In this document: in pieces, positions 24,260-37,249 of the stretch
Layout of the letters: every line of letters starts with the position of its first letter
Position numbering within the stretch: position 1 is the stretch's first letter
NCBI RefSeq assembly: GCF_006345805.1
Contig: NC_043000.1
Coordinates: 45,074,001-45,138,000 of the forward strand
DNA from: Octopus sinensis
Taxonomy: Eukaryota
Length of the DNA stretch: 64,000 nucleotides
Reading direction: 5' to 3'
Notes under the pieces: model-generated
Seen by the model: only the letters and a program-made list of their open reading frames with translations
Told to the model about the DNA's origin: nothing
The model's database searches: none
Position numbers and translations under genes: made by a program

Positions 24260-24780
24260 TTTGTATTATTATTTTGGTTTGGCTCAGATTCAGCCTTATT
24301 CCTTGTAGGAATTATGTGGATAGTGACTTACTACCTGTAACCTTAGGTATCCACAAGTTTTCAGCAGTCTTTCAAGTGCCTAGAGCCCTCCTGATAATCT
24401 TTGCTGTCCCTAAGAAATAAACTTCCTGTAGGAGCTCTTCCAGGCATTATATTTCATTTTCCTTCAGCCATTTGCCTATATTTTGGCTTATAGTTCCCAA
24501 AGCACCAGTTATTATAGGAATGACCTTTACTGTCCACATGTTCCAAATTCTTCCTATTTCAAACTTTAGGGGATTGTAATTCTTTTGTTTTTCTTCCTCT
24601 TTCTTTATAATCCTGGAATCAAACGAGCATGATTGGGTTGATGAGTAAGCAGCTTCACATTTCCTAATCTACAATCATTATGTCTGGTCTATTATTTTTA
24701 TAATTTCTCATCCGTTTGAATAGGAAAGTCCTACAAGACCTTGCATTTTTCTGACTTCAGTATTTTTTTGACTTGATGAT
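24260..24780 (-). pseudogene. Second RLE LINE C-terminal remnant; related copy at about 46080-46400
   Basis: DFPIQTD...NRPDIMIVD...KEEEKQKNYNPLKFEIGRIW...VIPIITGALG (RPD endonuclease motif). Confidence 0.82.
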
Positions 24781-24816
24781 TGTTCCAGTGTATAACTTTT
24801 ACAACCTGGTCAATCT

Positions 24817-24817
24817 T

Positions 24818-24858
<41 letters not shown>

Positions 24859-24859
24859 G

Positions 24860-24894
<35 letters not shown>

Positions 24895-24922
24895 ACTACT
24901 ACTACTACTACTACTACTATTA
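24817..24922. repeat. Compound (CTA)n(CTG)n(CTA)n microsatellite
   Basis: Direct reading. Confidence 0.95.
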
Positions 24923-24944
24923 CCCCATTTCTATTATCATTATT

Positions 24945-25490
24945 ATCATCATCATCATCGTTTAGCGTCCGCTTTCCATGCTAGCATGGGTTGGACGGTT
25001 CAACTGGGGTCTGGGAAGCCCGAAGGCTGCACCAGGACCAGTCTGATCTGGCAATGTTTCTACAGCTGGATGCCCTTCCTAACGCCAACCACTCTGTGAA
25101 TGTAGTAGTACTTTTTACGTGCCACCGGCACAGGTGCCAGACGAGGCTGGCAAACGGCCACGATCGGATGGTGCTTTTTACGTGCCACCAGCACGGGGGC
25201 CAGGCGAGGCTGGCAATGGCTACGAATGGATGGTGCTTTTTACATGCCACCGGCACGAGGCCAGTCGGGGCGGCGCTGACAACAGCCACATTCGGATGGT
25301 CCTCTTACGTGCCACCGGCACTGGTATCACAGCTGCAATTTCCATTGATGTTGATCGATTTCGATTCTCACTTGCCTCAACAGGTCTTCACGAGTAGAGT
25401 TTTGTGTCCTCAGAAGGAAAGGTATGCATAAGTGGACTGGCACATCCCGGGTTATGGTCTCACTTGTCTTGCCGGGTCTTCTCCTGCACA
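24945..25490 (-). mobile_element. RTE LINE 3' UTR plus ORF end, 5'-truncated
   Basis: Homology to 9129-9670; four GTGCCACCGGCAC-type repeats. Confidence 0.9.
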
Positions 25491-26023
25491 CATTATCTAT
25501 TATTTGACATATGATAGTTTCAAAGCGATTTCTACGGCATTCCTTGCTACACCTACATGATGTGGTGTATGCAGCATTGTGTTATTTTTTTGTGGGTGGG
25601 GTGGGGGAGAATGCAAACTTTTCCCAGTATTATATTGCGTCAGTATGTTGTTATGGAGTTTGGCCTGAGTTGTGTGTTTCAGTTGGGTAGCCATCCTATA
25701 GAGTACATGTAATGGGGTTTGTTTAATTTATTGGATATTTGCTGTATGAGTTTGTCTATTGCAGTTTTGAAATCTTACCTTTCTCATAGCATATATGATC
25801 ATACATTTGCAGGTGTATTTTGTTTTTCCTTACATATTTATCACTTTTCCTCCATATCTCATGTTTCTTTTATTATTCCTTGAATGTCTTGCAGAATACA
25901 TGTAGCACTTCAATGTAGTTGTCAACTGTCCATCATTCTCTTTTGGTTTTGTTGTTACCATTATTTTTGTTGTTCTTCTTTTCCCCCTCCTCCCCTCCTC
26001 CTCCTCTTCGTTTTCTTCTTCTT

Positions 26024-26110
<87 letters not shown>

Positions 26111-26694
26111 TCTTTCATCTAAGGCATCTATCGTGTGTCCTACTACTTTTTTAAGATGCTGGAATATGATTTGAGAAAAATTTAACTACTATTTATCACA
26201 AACTGAGCAGCCATATAAAAGCTCACTTGCTCGCTTGATTTCCCCCACTACCTTTGCTTGCCTCTAAGACAGTTCTTTACAATGATTGCTGTAGATTTTT
26301 ATAGAAAAGAAAAATTAATTACTTGCTTTTCCACTTACTATGGTAGCCTTTGAATCTGAATTTTAAATTTCCTGTGTAGATGGTGGATGCTGTTCTTGTT
26401 TTGCCCCAGTTCGACTCTAATCTAGTCAACTTATGATCAAATATCTACTAGTTTTCTTTTTTCTCTTGTCTTTTGAGTATATAGAACTACAATATCAAAT
26501 GTATCATTTACTTATTTATGATATGTGTGCAATTAGAAAATTTGGCTACTGTTTCTAACAGATTGAGGTATCCCATATGGTTTCATGCTTTAGCTTATGT
26601 TTGAATACAGTTTTTGGAAATGAATGTTGAAGATTTATGCAGAGGAAAATGAAATTTCATAAGATGTCTTTTGACATATCTAGGCTGTATTTAA

Positions 26695-27107
26695 CCCTTT
26701 CGTTATGAACCTGGCTGAAACTGACTGTGGCTCTGTAGTACAAATGTCTTGTTTTCATAAGTTTTGAATTAAAATCTTCTACCAAACATTATTTTTTATT
26801 TTTTATTTTATCTAGTTTCAGCTCACGAGCTGTGGACATGCTGGGGCACCGCCGTTTTAAAGGGAATGCTTACCGCACCTAGGTTTCCCAAGCGGTCACC
26901 CATCTAAGTACTAACTAGGATCGATGTTGCTTAACTTCGGTGATCGGACGAGAACCGGTGCTTTCAATGTGATATGGCCGTATGTCACAAATTATGTTCC
27001 TAATACCAGCTTAATGATAACTAAGTTATTTTACTAAATTCTTTGTTATTTTTTAAATAATTGAAAGAAACACAGAGCATCTCAAAATAAATATGGTAAC
27101 GAAAGTG
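26695..27107. mobile_element. piggyBac-like MITE interrupted by the 5S chimera
   Basis: TTAA at 26691-26694 and 27108-27111; termini CCCTTTCGTTA and TAACGAAAGTG are inverted repeats. Confidence 0.8.
26867..26982 (-). rRNA. 5S: 5S rRNA-derived copy (pseudogene or SINE head), lacking about 3 nt at the 5' end
   Basis: Reverse complement TACGGCCATATCACATTGAAAGCACCGGTTCTCGTCCGATCACCGAAGTTAAGCAA...TTAGTACTTAGATGGGTGACCGCTTGGGAA...GGTAAGCA matches metazoan 5S including the A and C boxes. Confidence 0.95.
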
Positions 27108-28105
27108 TTAAACTGATGAATTTGGTTTTGCTGTGCTATCATAAATAGATGCATTGTGTATGTGATAAGTAAAGGTGTAAGTATTTCATTTTTGATAGTC
27201 TGTAATTCTTTATATTTCATAGCAGAAAGTTAGGGTATGGTGTCCAGAAATGCTTGTTATAATGAACAAGAGCTGTAATAAATTAACGAAAGAGTTTCTA
27301 CTTGTATATCAGAAAATTCTTCCTCAAACTTTGCAATGCTTGATACTATAGCATACTTGAAGCTATGTACTTTTGATATTCTCAGTTACATTTGACCTGA
27401 GCCTACACAAAAATCAATGGTTGTAAGATAGTAGTTATTGTTAGAAATTTCATAATATTACAATATTAGTACCAATGATTGAGCATATTTTGTTCATTAC
27501 TCTTTGTACTTCGGTTATGTCCCCTGTTTTGCAGTAACAGTATTGATATTATGTGTTCTCTGAATGCACTGAAAATTTTAATCCTAATTCATGTCTGTCA
27601 TGTCCATTTCAGCAATTTTCAACTGACGTCCTCTCTTTTTTGCTTTCAGTAAAATAAACCTTTATTTTCACATTTTAATAAGAATCAGCTAATTTTCAGC
27701 AATGACTTGTTACCCGAATTAAACCAATGGCAAGAATTCTAATATCTTTTGGATGATATATTTATTTAGGCAAGATTTGTATCATGAGGAATTTCTGACA
27801 TAGGCTGCAGGAAATATATTTTAATGTTTACTTCAGAATAATTATCCATTAAAATTTTTCTGGTATCTTTTTCTTTGATAGTCTGTATTTGTTGACTTCT
27901 AGATAAAGCTACTAAAATATTGTATAATTCTGTTCAACGTAGAATCATTAGCCTCAGGTTTTATTTTCTATCTATGTGTTATTACCATTCTACATACAAT
28001 CGATGCTGGTTCATTTTCGTTATCAGCACTCATGAAGGCAATGTATGTCTCTCTTTTCTTTTGTACGTGGAGCATACATACATACATTCATACATACATA
28101 CATAC

Positions 28106-28136
<31 letters not shown>

Positions 28137-28182
28137 CATACATACTCATATATATTTGTATGCAGGTATATGTATATATATG

Positions 28183-28269
<87 letters not shown>

Positions 28270-28409
28270 TCAGTCATTTATCAATTTTTTTTTATAATTT
28301 ATTCAAATGTATTTATCTCAGATATCTAGATGTGTGTATTTCATTCAGTAAATATTTAGGATTTGCCTTTTTTTTGCTTAGATTTGGAGGAAGAGATGAT
28401 ACTGGCAAA

Positions 28410-29460
28410 GCAGACAGTTGATTCATAAAAGTAGACAGTGAATTAGCACTGTAAATTGGAAAGGCAGTCAGTGAATTGGCAATGGAAAAAGTGAATTAGC
28501 TGAGCTGAGAAGAAATTTTCATGGTAGATAATTAATTGGCAGGGTTAACAGCAACTTGGAAGAATAGATAGGGAATTGGCAGAGTAGATAGTAAATAGGC
28601 AGGGTAGAGAGTGATTTAGCACGATAGACAGTGAAGCAGAAGCATAGACTGCAAATTAATGAAGTATGCTGCCATTTGGTAGGGTGGACAACAAATTGGC
28701 AAGGTAGACAGCAAATTTGAAAGGTTGACTTTGCAGTGTCGACAGCAAAATGGAAACACAGATGACAAATGCAAAGTTAAGACAGCAAATTAGCAGGATA
28801 GACAGTGAATTGACTAAGTAGACATCAAACTAAAGAGTAAACAGTAACTTGGTAGAGAAGAATGTCAATTACTAAGATAGACAGTGAATTGAATGAATAG
28901 GCAACGAATTGGCATAGCTGCCACTAATTTGGCAATGTTGACACCGAACTGTCAGAAAGAACAGTGGATTGGTATAGTAAATGGTGAAATTACTGGGAAG
29001 ACAGTAACTGGGTAAGGAAAGTTGCTTATTAGCAGGGCAGACAGCAATGTGGATGGGTACAGAGTGAGTTGGCAAGACAGATAGCAAACTGACAGGGTAG
29101 ATGGTGAATTAGTAGAGTAGACAGTGAATTAGCAGGGTAGGCAAAGAATTGGTATGGTAAACAAAGTAATGAAAGTGTAGACAGCATAGAAACAAAATAG
29201 CGACATGTTAGGGTAGCTAATGCATTAGCAGAATAGCCAGCGAATTGGCAGAGTAAACAGTGTTTTGCAGGAAAGACAGCAAATAGGCAAGGTAGACAAA
29301 AATTAGACAAGGTATACAGAGAATTGGCAGAGCAGACATTTGTTATGGTAGATAGTGATTTCGGACAGTAGACAAGTGAATTCGCAATGTAGACAGCTGT
29401 GAATTGACAAGATAGACAGAGAATAGACAAAACAGACAACAAAATGGTAGGGTAGACAAA
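28410..29460. repeat. Degenerate 20-bp minisatellite, consensus about AATTGGCAGGGTAGACAG(T/C)(G/A)
   Basis: Consecutive 20-nt units, for example at 28574-28633. Confidence 0.85.
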
Positions 29461-31379
29461 TGTACATTTTAAGATGTCACCAAACTACAAAAGATCCCTT
29501 GTTCTCTCCTATTTTTACGAAATTGAAATCCCAGTAATGCCTGCACTGTCTTTGTTGACATGAATGAGTTATTAAAACAGTGATGTATTTTACTCTAAAC
29601 TAAGTTTAATTTTGATTAATTAAAATTTCATAATGATTTTGATATGATTTTTTTTTTAGTCCCCACTAAATGCAATATTAATTAATTGAAATTTCTTTGC
29701 TTCACTGCATTCAGTATGTTACCACTCACTGTGGAAAGTGCCATATTATTTAGAGAGAAAAATCTAAAGTGCTATGCCTGAGACCCATTTTTTTGCTTCT
29801 AACTGAAACTGTTTCTCTACATTAAAATCACTAGTATCTTTTCAGAAAAGCATGAATGTTTCACAATCTCATTTACTTTATAATTTACATGAATTCATTG
29901 AAATTCAACTATTTAAGCAATCAACTTGTTTAGTATGCAATGAAAATATTATTATTACTTTAAAAATATAATAAAAAAGTTATTATTGCTTGGAAATTCA
30001 TAAAATCACAATAATTATATCAAAAGGCAAAAACGTTGTTTCTTTTATAATTAGATTTCATTGGAAATTCATGCTAAAACATTATTTAGTACTTTAGTAT
30101 GTTTTTATTGTTTTCAGAGCTTATACTTTATTAATGTCTGGTTTGTTTCAATATAAACCCATCTGTCATATGATAAGAGAAAAAAATTGCCTTATGTTTT
30201 ATATATTTTGTAAATATTCTGAAAATTTATAGACCTGCATCATCTTGTTTTCAGCAGTCCAAGTTATTACTTAGATGCTGTTTTAGGAATCTAAAATAAT
30301 ATTTATTTATATCGGATCTGTACCAGCTGGCCGGCAGCACAATATATATATAATTGCTAATTTGATAAATCATATCATATTTTTAGGTACTGGGTATTAA
30401 ATAATCATTTTGTTAAACTGGTAGGCTTTCATTTTCATAATCATAGAATCTTAACCTTCTATGATGATAATGAAAATGACAGACATATGTGTGTATGTGG
30501 TGTGGTGGTGGTGGTGGTGGTGGTGGTGGTGTGTGTGTGTGTGTGTGTGTGTATGCATGCTTGTGTCTTTCTGTCTATCTGTCCACCAGTATGCTTCTAG
30601 TATATGTTTGTCTATCAGTTGCGTCCATCCTTTGAACTATTGGGCTGTTATCAAACGATAGTAGCTGAAATATTAACATACTTGCTAAGACTTCTCAAGC
30701 CACTCACCATTTCTAACTGACCCGGAGGTAAGCATTGCATGCTAAGTTCACAGAACTGAAACAGCTATTACAAGATGCCTATGCAATACTCTAACTTTTT
30801 ACAAATATATTGGAAAGTTGAAATAAAATGCTGATCTAGACATGATTTAAATCACTTCGCAGAGAATTGAAATAAATATTACATGGCATTCTATCCGCTT
30901 CTCTAATGGCCCTTCCGATTTGGCATTTATATATTGACACACTTTGCAACTGCATGGGCTTTGATTCAGCTTCACTGCATGACACCTCATGCAAGTGTCT
31001 TCTGCTAAAATCCCAGGGCAATCAACGCCTTGTGAGAGAATTTGTTCAACAAAAACAGTATTGAAGTTTATCATACATATGTGTAGGTGTAGATGTGCAT
31101 GCATGTATCTTTGTGTATATGTTTGTTCCCACCACCATCATCATTTGACCACTGGTGTTCGTTTGTTTACATCCATGTAACTTAGCAGTTTGGAAGAAAG
31201 TGACTGATAGAATAAGTGCCAGACTTGAAAATATTATGAGTGGTGGGCAAATCTTCTTCAGTACAGCATTGTGGAGCATTGCTATACTCAAGAAGACCTG
31301 CCCACCACAATAGAATTGAGATCCTAAGGCCAAGGTGCCACGTAAAAAGCACTGGTGTTGGTGCTGGTACCATATATAA

Positions 31380-31575
31380 TGTACACTGGTACCATATATA
31401 AAGCACACTCTGTAAAGTGATTGGCATTAGGAAGGGCATCCGGCCATAGAAACCAAGCCAAATCAGACTTTAGAACCTGGCGCAGCCATTGGCTTTGCCA
31501 GCACCTGTAAAGCCATCCAACTCTTGCCAGTATGAAAAATGAATGTTGAATGTCGATGGTGACAATGATGATAGA
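31380..31575 (+). mobile_element. RTE LINE 3' end, older subfamily
   Basis: TTGGCATTAGGAAGGGCATCCGGC...CCATCCAACTC...GATGAT, the reverse complement of the RTE tail. Confidence 0.7.
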
Positions 31576-31744
31576 TGTGTGTGACTGATTCCATGGCTGC
31601 AATCCAATGAGTGAAACCAGTAAAAGATAAAAGACATGAAAGAATTTTACTTCACATTCTTTCAGTCCACTCAGCAAGCAAAATATATATATAACAACTA
31701 AAGGTGGTGCTCCAGCATATATATATATGTATATATATAATTAT

Positions 31745-32098
31745 ATACTCTTTTACTTGTTTCAGTCATTTGACTCCAGGACTAATTCTTTGGAAGCCTA
31801 GTACTTATTCTATCGGTCTCTTTTGCCGAAACGCTAAGTTATGGGGATGTAAACACACCAGCATCGGTTGTCAAGTGATGTTGGGGGTGGGGACAAACAC
31901 AGACACACAAGCACACACACATACATATATATACATATACATATATACGACTGGCTTCCATCTACCAAATCCACACACATGGCTTTGGTCGGCTCGAGGC
32001 TATAGTAGAAGACACTTGGCCAAGGTGCCAAGCAGTGGGACTTAACCCAGAACCATGTGGTTGGTAAGCAAGCTACTTACCACACAGCCATTCCTGTG
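31745..32098 (-). mobile_element. tRNA-derived SINE, family B
   Basis: Full head-to-tail homology with other family B copies; internal microsatellite. Confidence 0.9.
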
Positions 32099-32246
32099 TC
32101 TATTTCAAATGGGTGAATTTCTAATAGTATAGATTTCCTTGGATTCTAAATTTTAAATATTACCAGCTTGAATAATCACTTGTACTATTTTGTATTTCAA
32201 ATTGAACAAACTATGAATGCTGATAAAGAATTAAACTGTAGAAGTG

Positions 32247-32306
<60 letters not shown>

Positions 32307-32929
32307 ATTCGAAAATAGAGAAAAACATAGATTAATCAGTACATCAACAGGACTACATTTAAAGCTTGTTTATTGATACAAAGCAAGACAGAAATAAGCT
32401 AACAGCTGTTTCTGATCAGATTCCCAGAATGCAGTATATACATAAATGCGAGAATAAAATTCTTCATCTTCATAGGGCATTCAAATTAAGGCAACCGTTC
32501 TTCATTAGACTGGAAAACAAAAGCATACAATATAAACAAAAGGGAGAAGGAATTGGTAAGAAAACATGGTTTAGACAAATATTCTAAAAGCCCAATATGT
32601 TAAGTGCATATAATTTATCTCTCATTTATGTTCTTTGATGGTAAATGTTTTCTTATCATGTTTTCTTACCTCTTCTTTTAAACAAGCTTTCAATGTGGTC
32701 CTCTTCGATGTACTGGTTAATCTATGTTTTTCTCCCTTTTCTAATTATTTGCATTGGTTCCTGATGAACATCTGTTTATCCTATTGTCCCCTGTGCTCAA
32801 TGTATATGGTGCCCCTGCACGCCATTACCCGGAGATAACACAGGTAATGGATACTTATATAGCATACAGATATTTTATCCCTTAGTTGGTTACTACAACT
32901 GCTAACTCTATATTTGATATATCTATATC

Positions 32930-33028
<99 letters not shown>

Positions 33029-33088
33029 ATGTATACACATATATATAATATATATATACACATATATACATACATATACATATACATA

Positions 33089-33123
<35 letters not shown>

Positions 33124-33178
33124 TATATATATATATACATATATACATATATACATATACATATATATACATACATAC

Positions 33179-33210
<32 letters not shown>

Positions 33211-33212
33211 TT
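32930..33212. repeat. (TA)n-rich microsatellite
   Basis: Direct reading. Confidence 0.95.
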
Positions 33213-34660
33213 AGTGAAGCTATTATATCACATTACAATAGAAATGTCATTGTTTCACATATAATACCAAAAGTCTAAGAGATAGTTCTGGGCTCACATT
33301 GGGCACGATAGGTAAGAAGTTAAGCATTGTTTTGGCTCATGACACTCCATGCACCCTAAGTAATGCATGTGTAAAATTTGAATGAAATCGGCTGGGTAGT
33401 TCTTGAGTTTTAGTGATGCACACATAGACAAATAGTCAAACAGATAGAATGTATGTGTCTTGTATGTGTGTGTGTGTGTTGTGTGTGTGTGTGTGTGTGT
33501 GTGTGCATAAAGGTAAAGATGATATATGCACATACTCCTTTTGTGGATAGTTGTGAAGAGCTTCCACTCTTTGGCATCCATGTAAAATTATACTAAAATC
33601 ATATGATGCCAGAATCACAATAGTCATTTACAATAAAATAAACAGCAATTTAGATTTCTTTTCGATAAATTCATAAATTTTGGGCGAATATTTCTTTGAT
33701 TAATCACTTTTAATATCAGGTTGAGGTATGTTTGCCCTAAAAATGTTAGCAGTATTATGTCTTCTTCTGTAACCAAGATTTCTGTGTTCTCTTTTTAAGC
33801 TTCTGAGTTTTCTATTTTCTATTTGTCCTGTGTTCGATTTTGTAAGCAGCTTCTTCATCCACTTCTGGGCACATTAATCCAGCCATGAATCTCAATAACT
33901 CTCGTTGTAGATTGATTTCCATATCTCATGCATTCATGTATTGCAGTGCTATGTCTTGAGTTCAAAGCATACGTATTTCCACTTTGAGTTGTTCTGAAGG
34001 CTGTTTCTGCATGTGTTTTGTTATTTTTATTTATTATTTATTTTTTTTGTTGATTAATTTCCTTGTACAGTTCTTTTGTAGCATGTTTACCTGTTTTTCT
34101 TTGATTTACCTTAATTTCCCACATTTTTCTGTTGTGGTTTCATTTTCATCATGAAGTCTTATCCAAAGTTGCTTTTGTAACCGTCAAACCAACAATCTTG
34201 TTTTTACAACAGTTTTGTAGATTTATCTTTATCGTGCTTCATATCTTCTTTCCATAGTTGTTGGAGCAGTTCCTGAATTTGACAATTATTTCGATCAGAG
34301 ATTTTGGCCAGCATGAAAGGGTTGATTATTTTAAATGTTGCCTCATATCATACTTTACTTGCCTGTGGAAGAGAAATTTCAGTATCTAGATGGCATAATG
34401 CTAAATTTACACCTCTTTCCATTTCCTGTTGATGTCACATTAGCCTTTCATTTTCATGAAGAAATTTTGTCATAGGATTGTTTTTTCTCTGTGTCATCAA
34501 ATCTGATAGATGCTTGCAACGTTTTTATATAAAAAGCTGTTCCAGTGTGCTAGCCAGCATTCATTTAGGGAGTTTGTATGCATAGTTATATACATCTCTG
34601 TATTTGTATAAATAAAAATATACATACACACACAGAGGCACACATATACATGTGTGTGTG

Positions 34661-34696
<36 letters not shown>

Positions 34697-34797
34697 TATA
34701 TATGCATATATATGTATATATCTACATATATATATGTAGGTATATATATATTCATATAAATGTATGTATATAAGTATATAAATATTCATATATATAT

Positions 34798-34906
<109 letters not shown>

Positions 34907-35262
34907 CAGACACACTTATATCACTGGTCAATGTCACTCACTTGCATATGCATGCCCTAACAGAACCTGTATATATCCATAGGCACATACACTCATGCAC
35001 AAAATTATTTCACTGGATCTAAAACTCTATCATGCAAAATTCTTCTTACTTAAAATTTGAACACAGAATAAGTTTTGACTTTCCACATCATCTCAGTCTA
35101 TGGTCGTTGATATCTTGGTCAACAATATAAGAATGTAATCTCCATTTCATCAGCAGGGACAAAAATTACTTTACATTAACTACACAGAACAAAACAGGAT
35201 AATAACAGTATATTTTCTCTCATTTCTTTAAGCAAATTGAAAGACATTTTCATATTTGTATA

Positions 35263-35632
35263 CTCTTTTACTCTTTTATTTGTTTCAGTCATTTGAACAA
35301 ATCAACCCCAGGACTTATTCTTTGTAAGCCTAGTACTTATTCTATCAGTCTCTTTTGCCAAACCACTAAGTTACTGGGATGTAAACACACCAGCATCAGT
35401 TGTCAAGCGATGTTGGGGGGACAAACACAGACACACAAACATATACATACACATACATATATATACATATATACGACGGGCGTCTTTCAGTTTCCATCTA
35501 CCAAGTCCACTCACAAGGCTTTGGTCAGCTCGAGGCTATAGTAGAAGACATTTACCCAAGGTGCCATGCAGTGGGACTGAACCTGGAACCATGTGGTTGG
35601 TAAGCAAGCTACCTACCACGCAACCACTCCTG
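35263..35632 (-). mobile_element. tRNA-derived SINE, family B, part of a local duplication
   Basis: Family homology; flank shared with the 40060 copy. Confidence 0.9.
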
Positions 35633-37249
35633 TGCCTATTTGTTGGGTATTATTCATAATTGGATCATTCTCTGCTCCAATTTTTACTGTAATTTGCATC
35701 AAAATTATTCGATAGTTTGAATGGTTTGTGTCAAAGACTGGGCATTTGTATACTAGCTCAAAACTCTTTATTCAAAAGTCAAATGCATTTTAGATTTTGC
35801 CACATTTGTTTCACACTCTGGTATTTCTGTCAGGTTGATCAGCCACACAGAGGCTTCCTCAGGGGCAACTTGATGATAGCAGTAGACCAAATAAGTAGAA
35901 AGAGAGCTTGAATTATTTTGAAGAAATAGTTAAATGGGGACATGAGATTATTGTGTCTTGGCAATACTGTAATACAGTGTGAAACATGGAGTTAACATCG
36001 CTCAAATGATGAATAAGCAGGCATTAACATTAGTGAGAAAAAAGCTGATAGCAGAATGTAGTAGATCTCTTTTTAATAATTGTTTCCTTAATGAACGTCA
36101 GCTGTTAATATGCTATTAAACATTCAAACTTCTGACTTAAAAGTGTTCATTGCATTCAGTCATTTTGCTTCTTTGATTGCAAAGGAAGTGAAAACTTTAT
36201 TTAACTCCCTTGAGAAACTTATCTTTTACCTTTTTGAACAAAGGATTTGGAGCTCCTTCAATAGTACTATTATTATTGATGCCAATATTATCAAGGGAGA
36301 GGCAAAGCTACCAGTCTATTGAGAAGCTGGTTGGTGTCACTTCCCACACATTACTCAGTTTAGTTGTATAGAGAAAATATTTCAGATTATCATTTCAAAA
36401 GAAACACACAGAAACCAATGCTCTATGTACTTTTTTTTCGTATTAAATATAAATGAACATCTTTACTAGTTGCTTTTTTCATAAACTTTACACAATAAAG
36501 ATCAAATAGATAGTGATCTGTGTTATTGGAAGACCTTTTGGAAATTTTCGTATTATTATTATTGTTGTTGTTGTTGTTTTCTTTTTCATTCATATCTTTT
36601 TTATATTTTCTTTCATAAGCTCCAATTGTTTATTCTGTGGAGACAGTCACTCTATCACATGACTTTTATGCACTCTTCTTAACCAAAGAGCAAACAAACG
36701 TAGCTAAAGTTTCATGTGATTTTTTGCCAAACACAAATGAAATGAAAAGAAAAGAATTGAGAAAGCTTGCTTTCAAATAGATTAAAAAAGAAATTTCTTC
36801 TCATTATTGTGGAAGCTTATGAGGTGGCAAGTAAGCAGAATTGGTTGAATGCCAGACAGACTAAAAATCTTGTAGTATTTAATTTCATTTCTCTACCATT
36901 TTCAATTCAACTTTCATCATGTTAGCCTTGTCTTCCCTCCATCTGCACTGGAGGTGGGTAGAATAAAATAACTACCATCATATTGTACTAAATATTGGGC
37001 ATGAACTGGTGCTAATTCAAATGCTTCCTTTCCTTATAAATTTCTGGTATTTTGCTAATCTAAAACATCAGTATTGTTTATTGTTGCAATCAAGGAATAG
37101 ATAGAATGCTAAGAGCATCAGACAAAACATTTTAACAGTATTTAGTTATGGCCTTGCACATTTTCAGTTTAAATCCTGTCGAGGTTAGCTTCACTTTTTG
37201 TCCTCCCCAGCTCAGAAAAATTAGGCTCTAATCAAGTATTGAGTTTCAT

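Noticed and set aside
26205-26250. TATAAAAG core-promoter-like motif
   Set aside because: Common in AT-rich DNA, with no associated gene evidence.
28410-29460. CRISPR-like periodicity
   Set aside because: No constant repeat with unique spacers, no cas genes, eukaryotic context; it is a minisatellite.
30619-30727. Exon candidate with GAG/GTAAGC donor
   Set aside because: In-frame stop just before the donor and no recognisable protein.
33316-33326. GAAGTTAAGCA resembling the 5S box A region
   Set aside because: Only 11 nt; flanks do not match 5S.
33760-34450. Possible L1/Tx1-like C-terminal remnant on the - strand
   Set aside because: Coding-like composition but no unambiguous motif.
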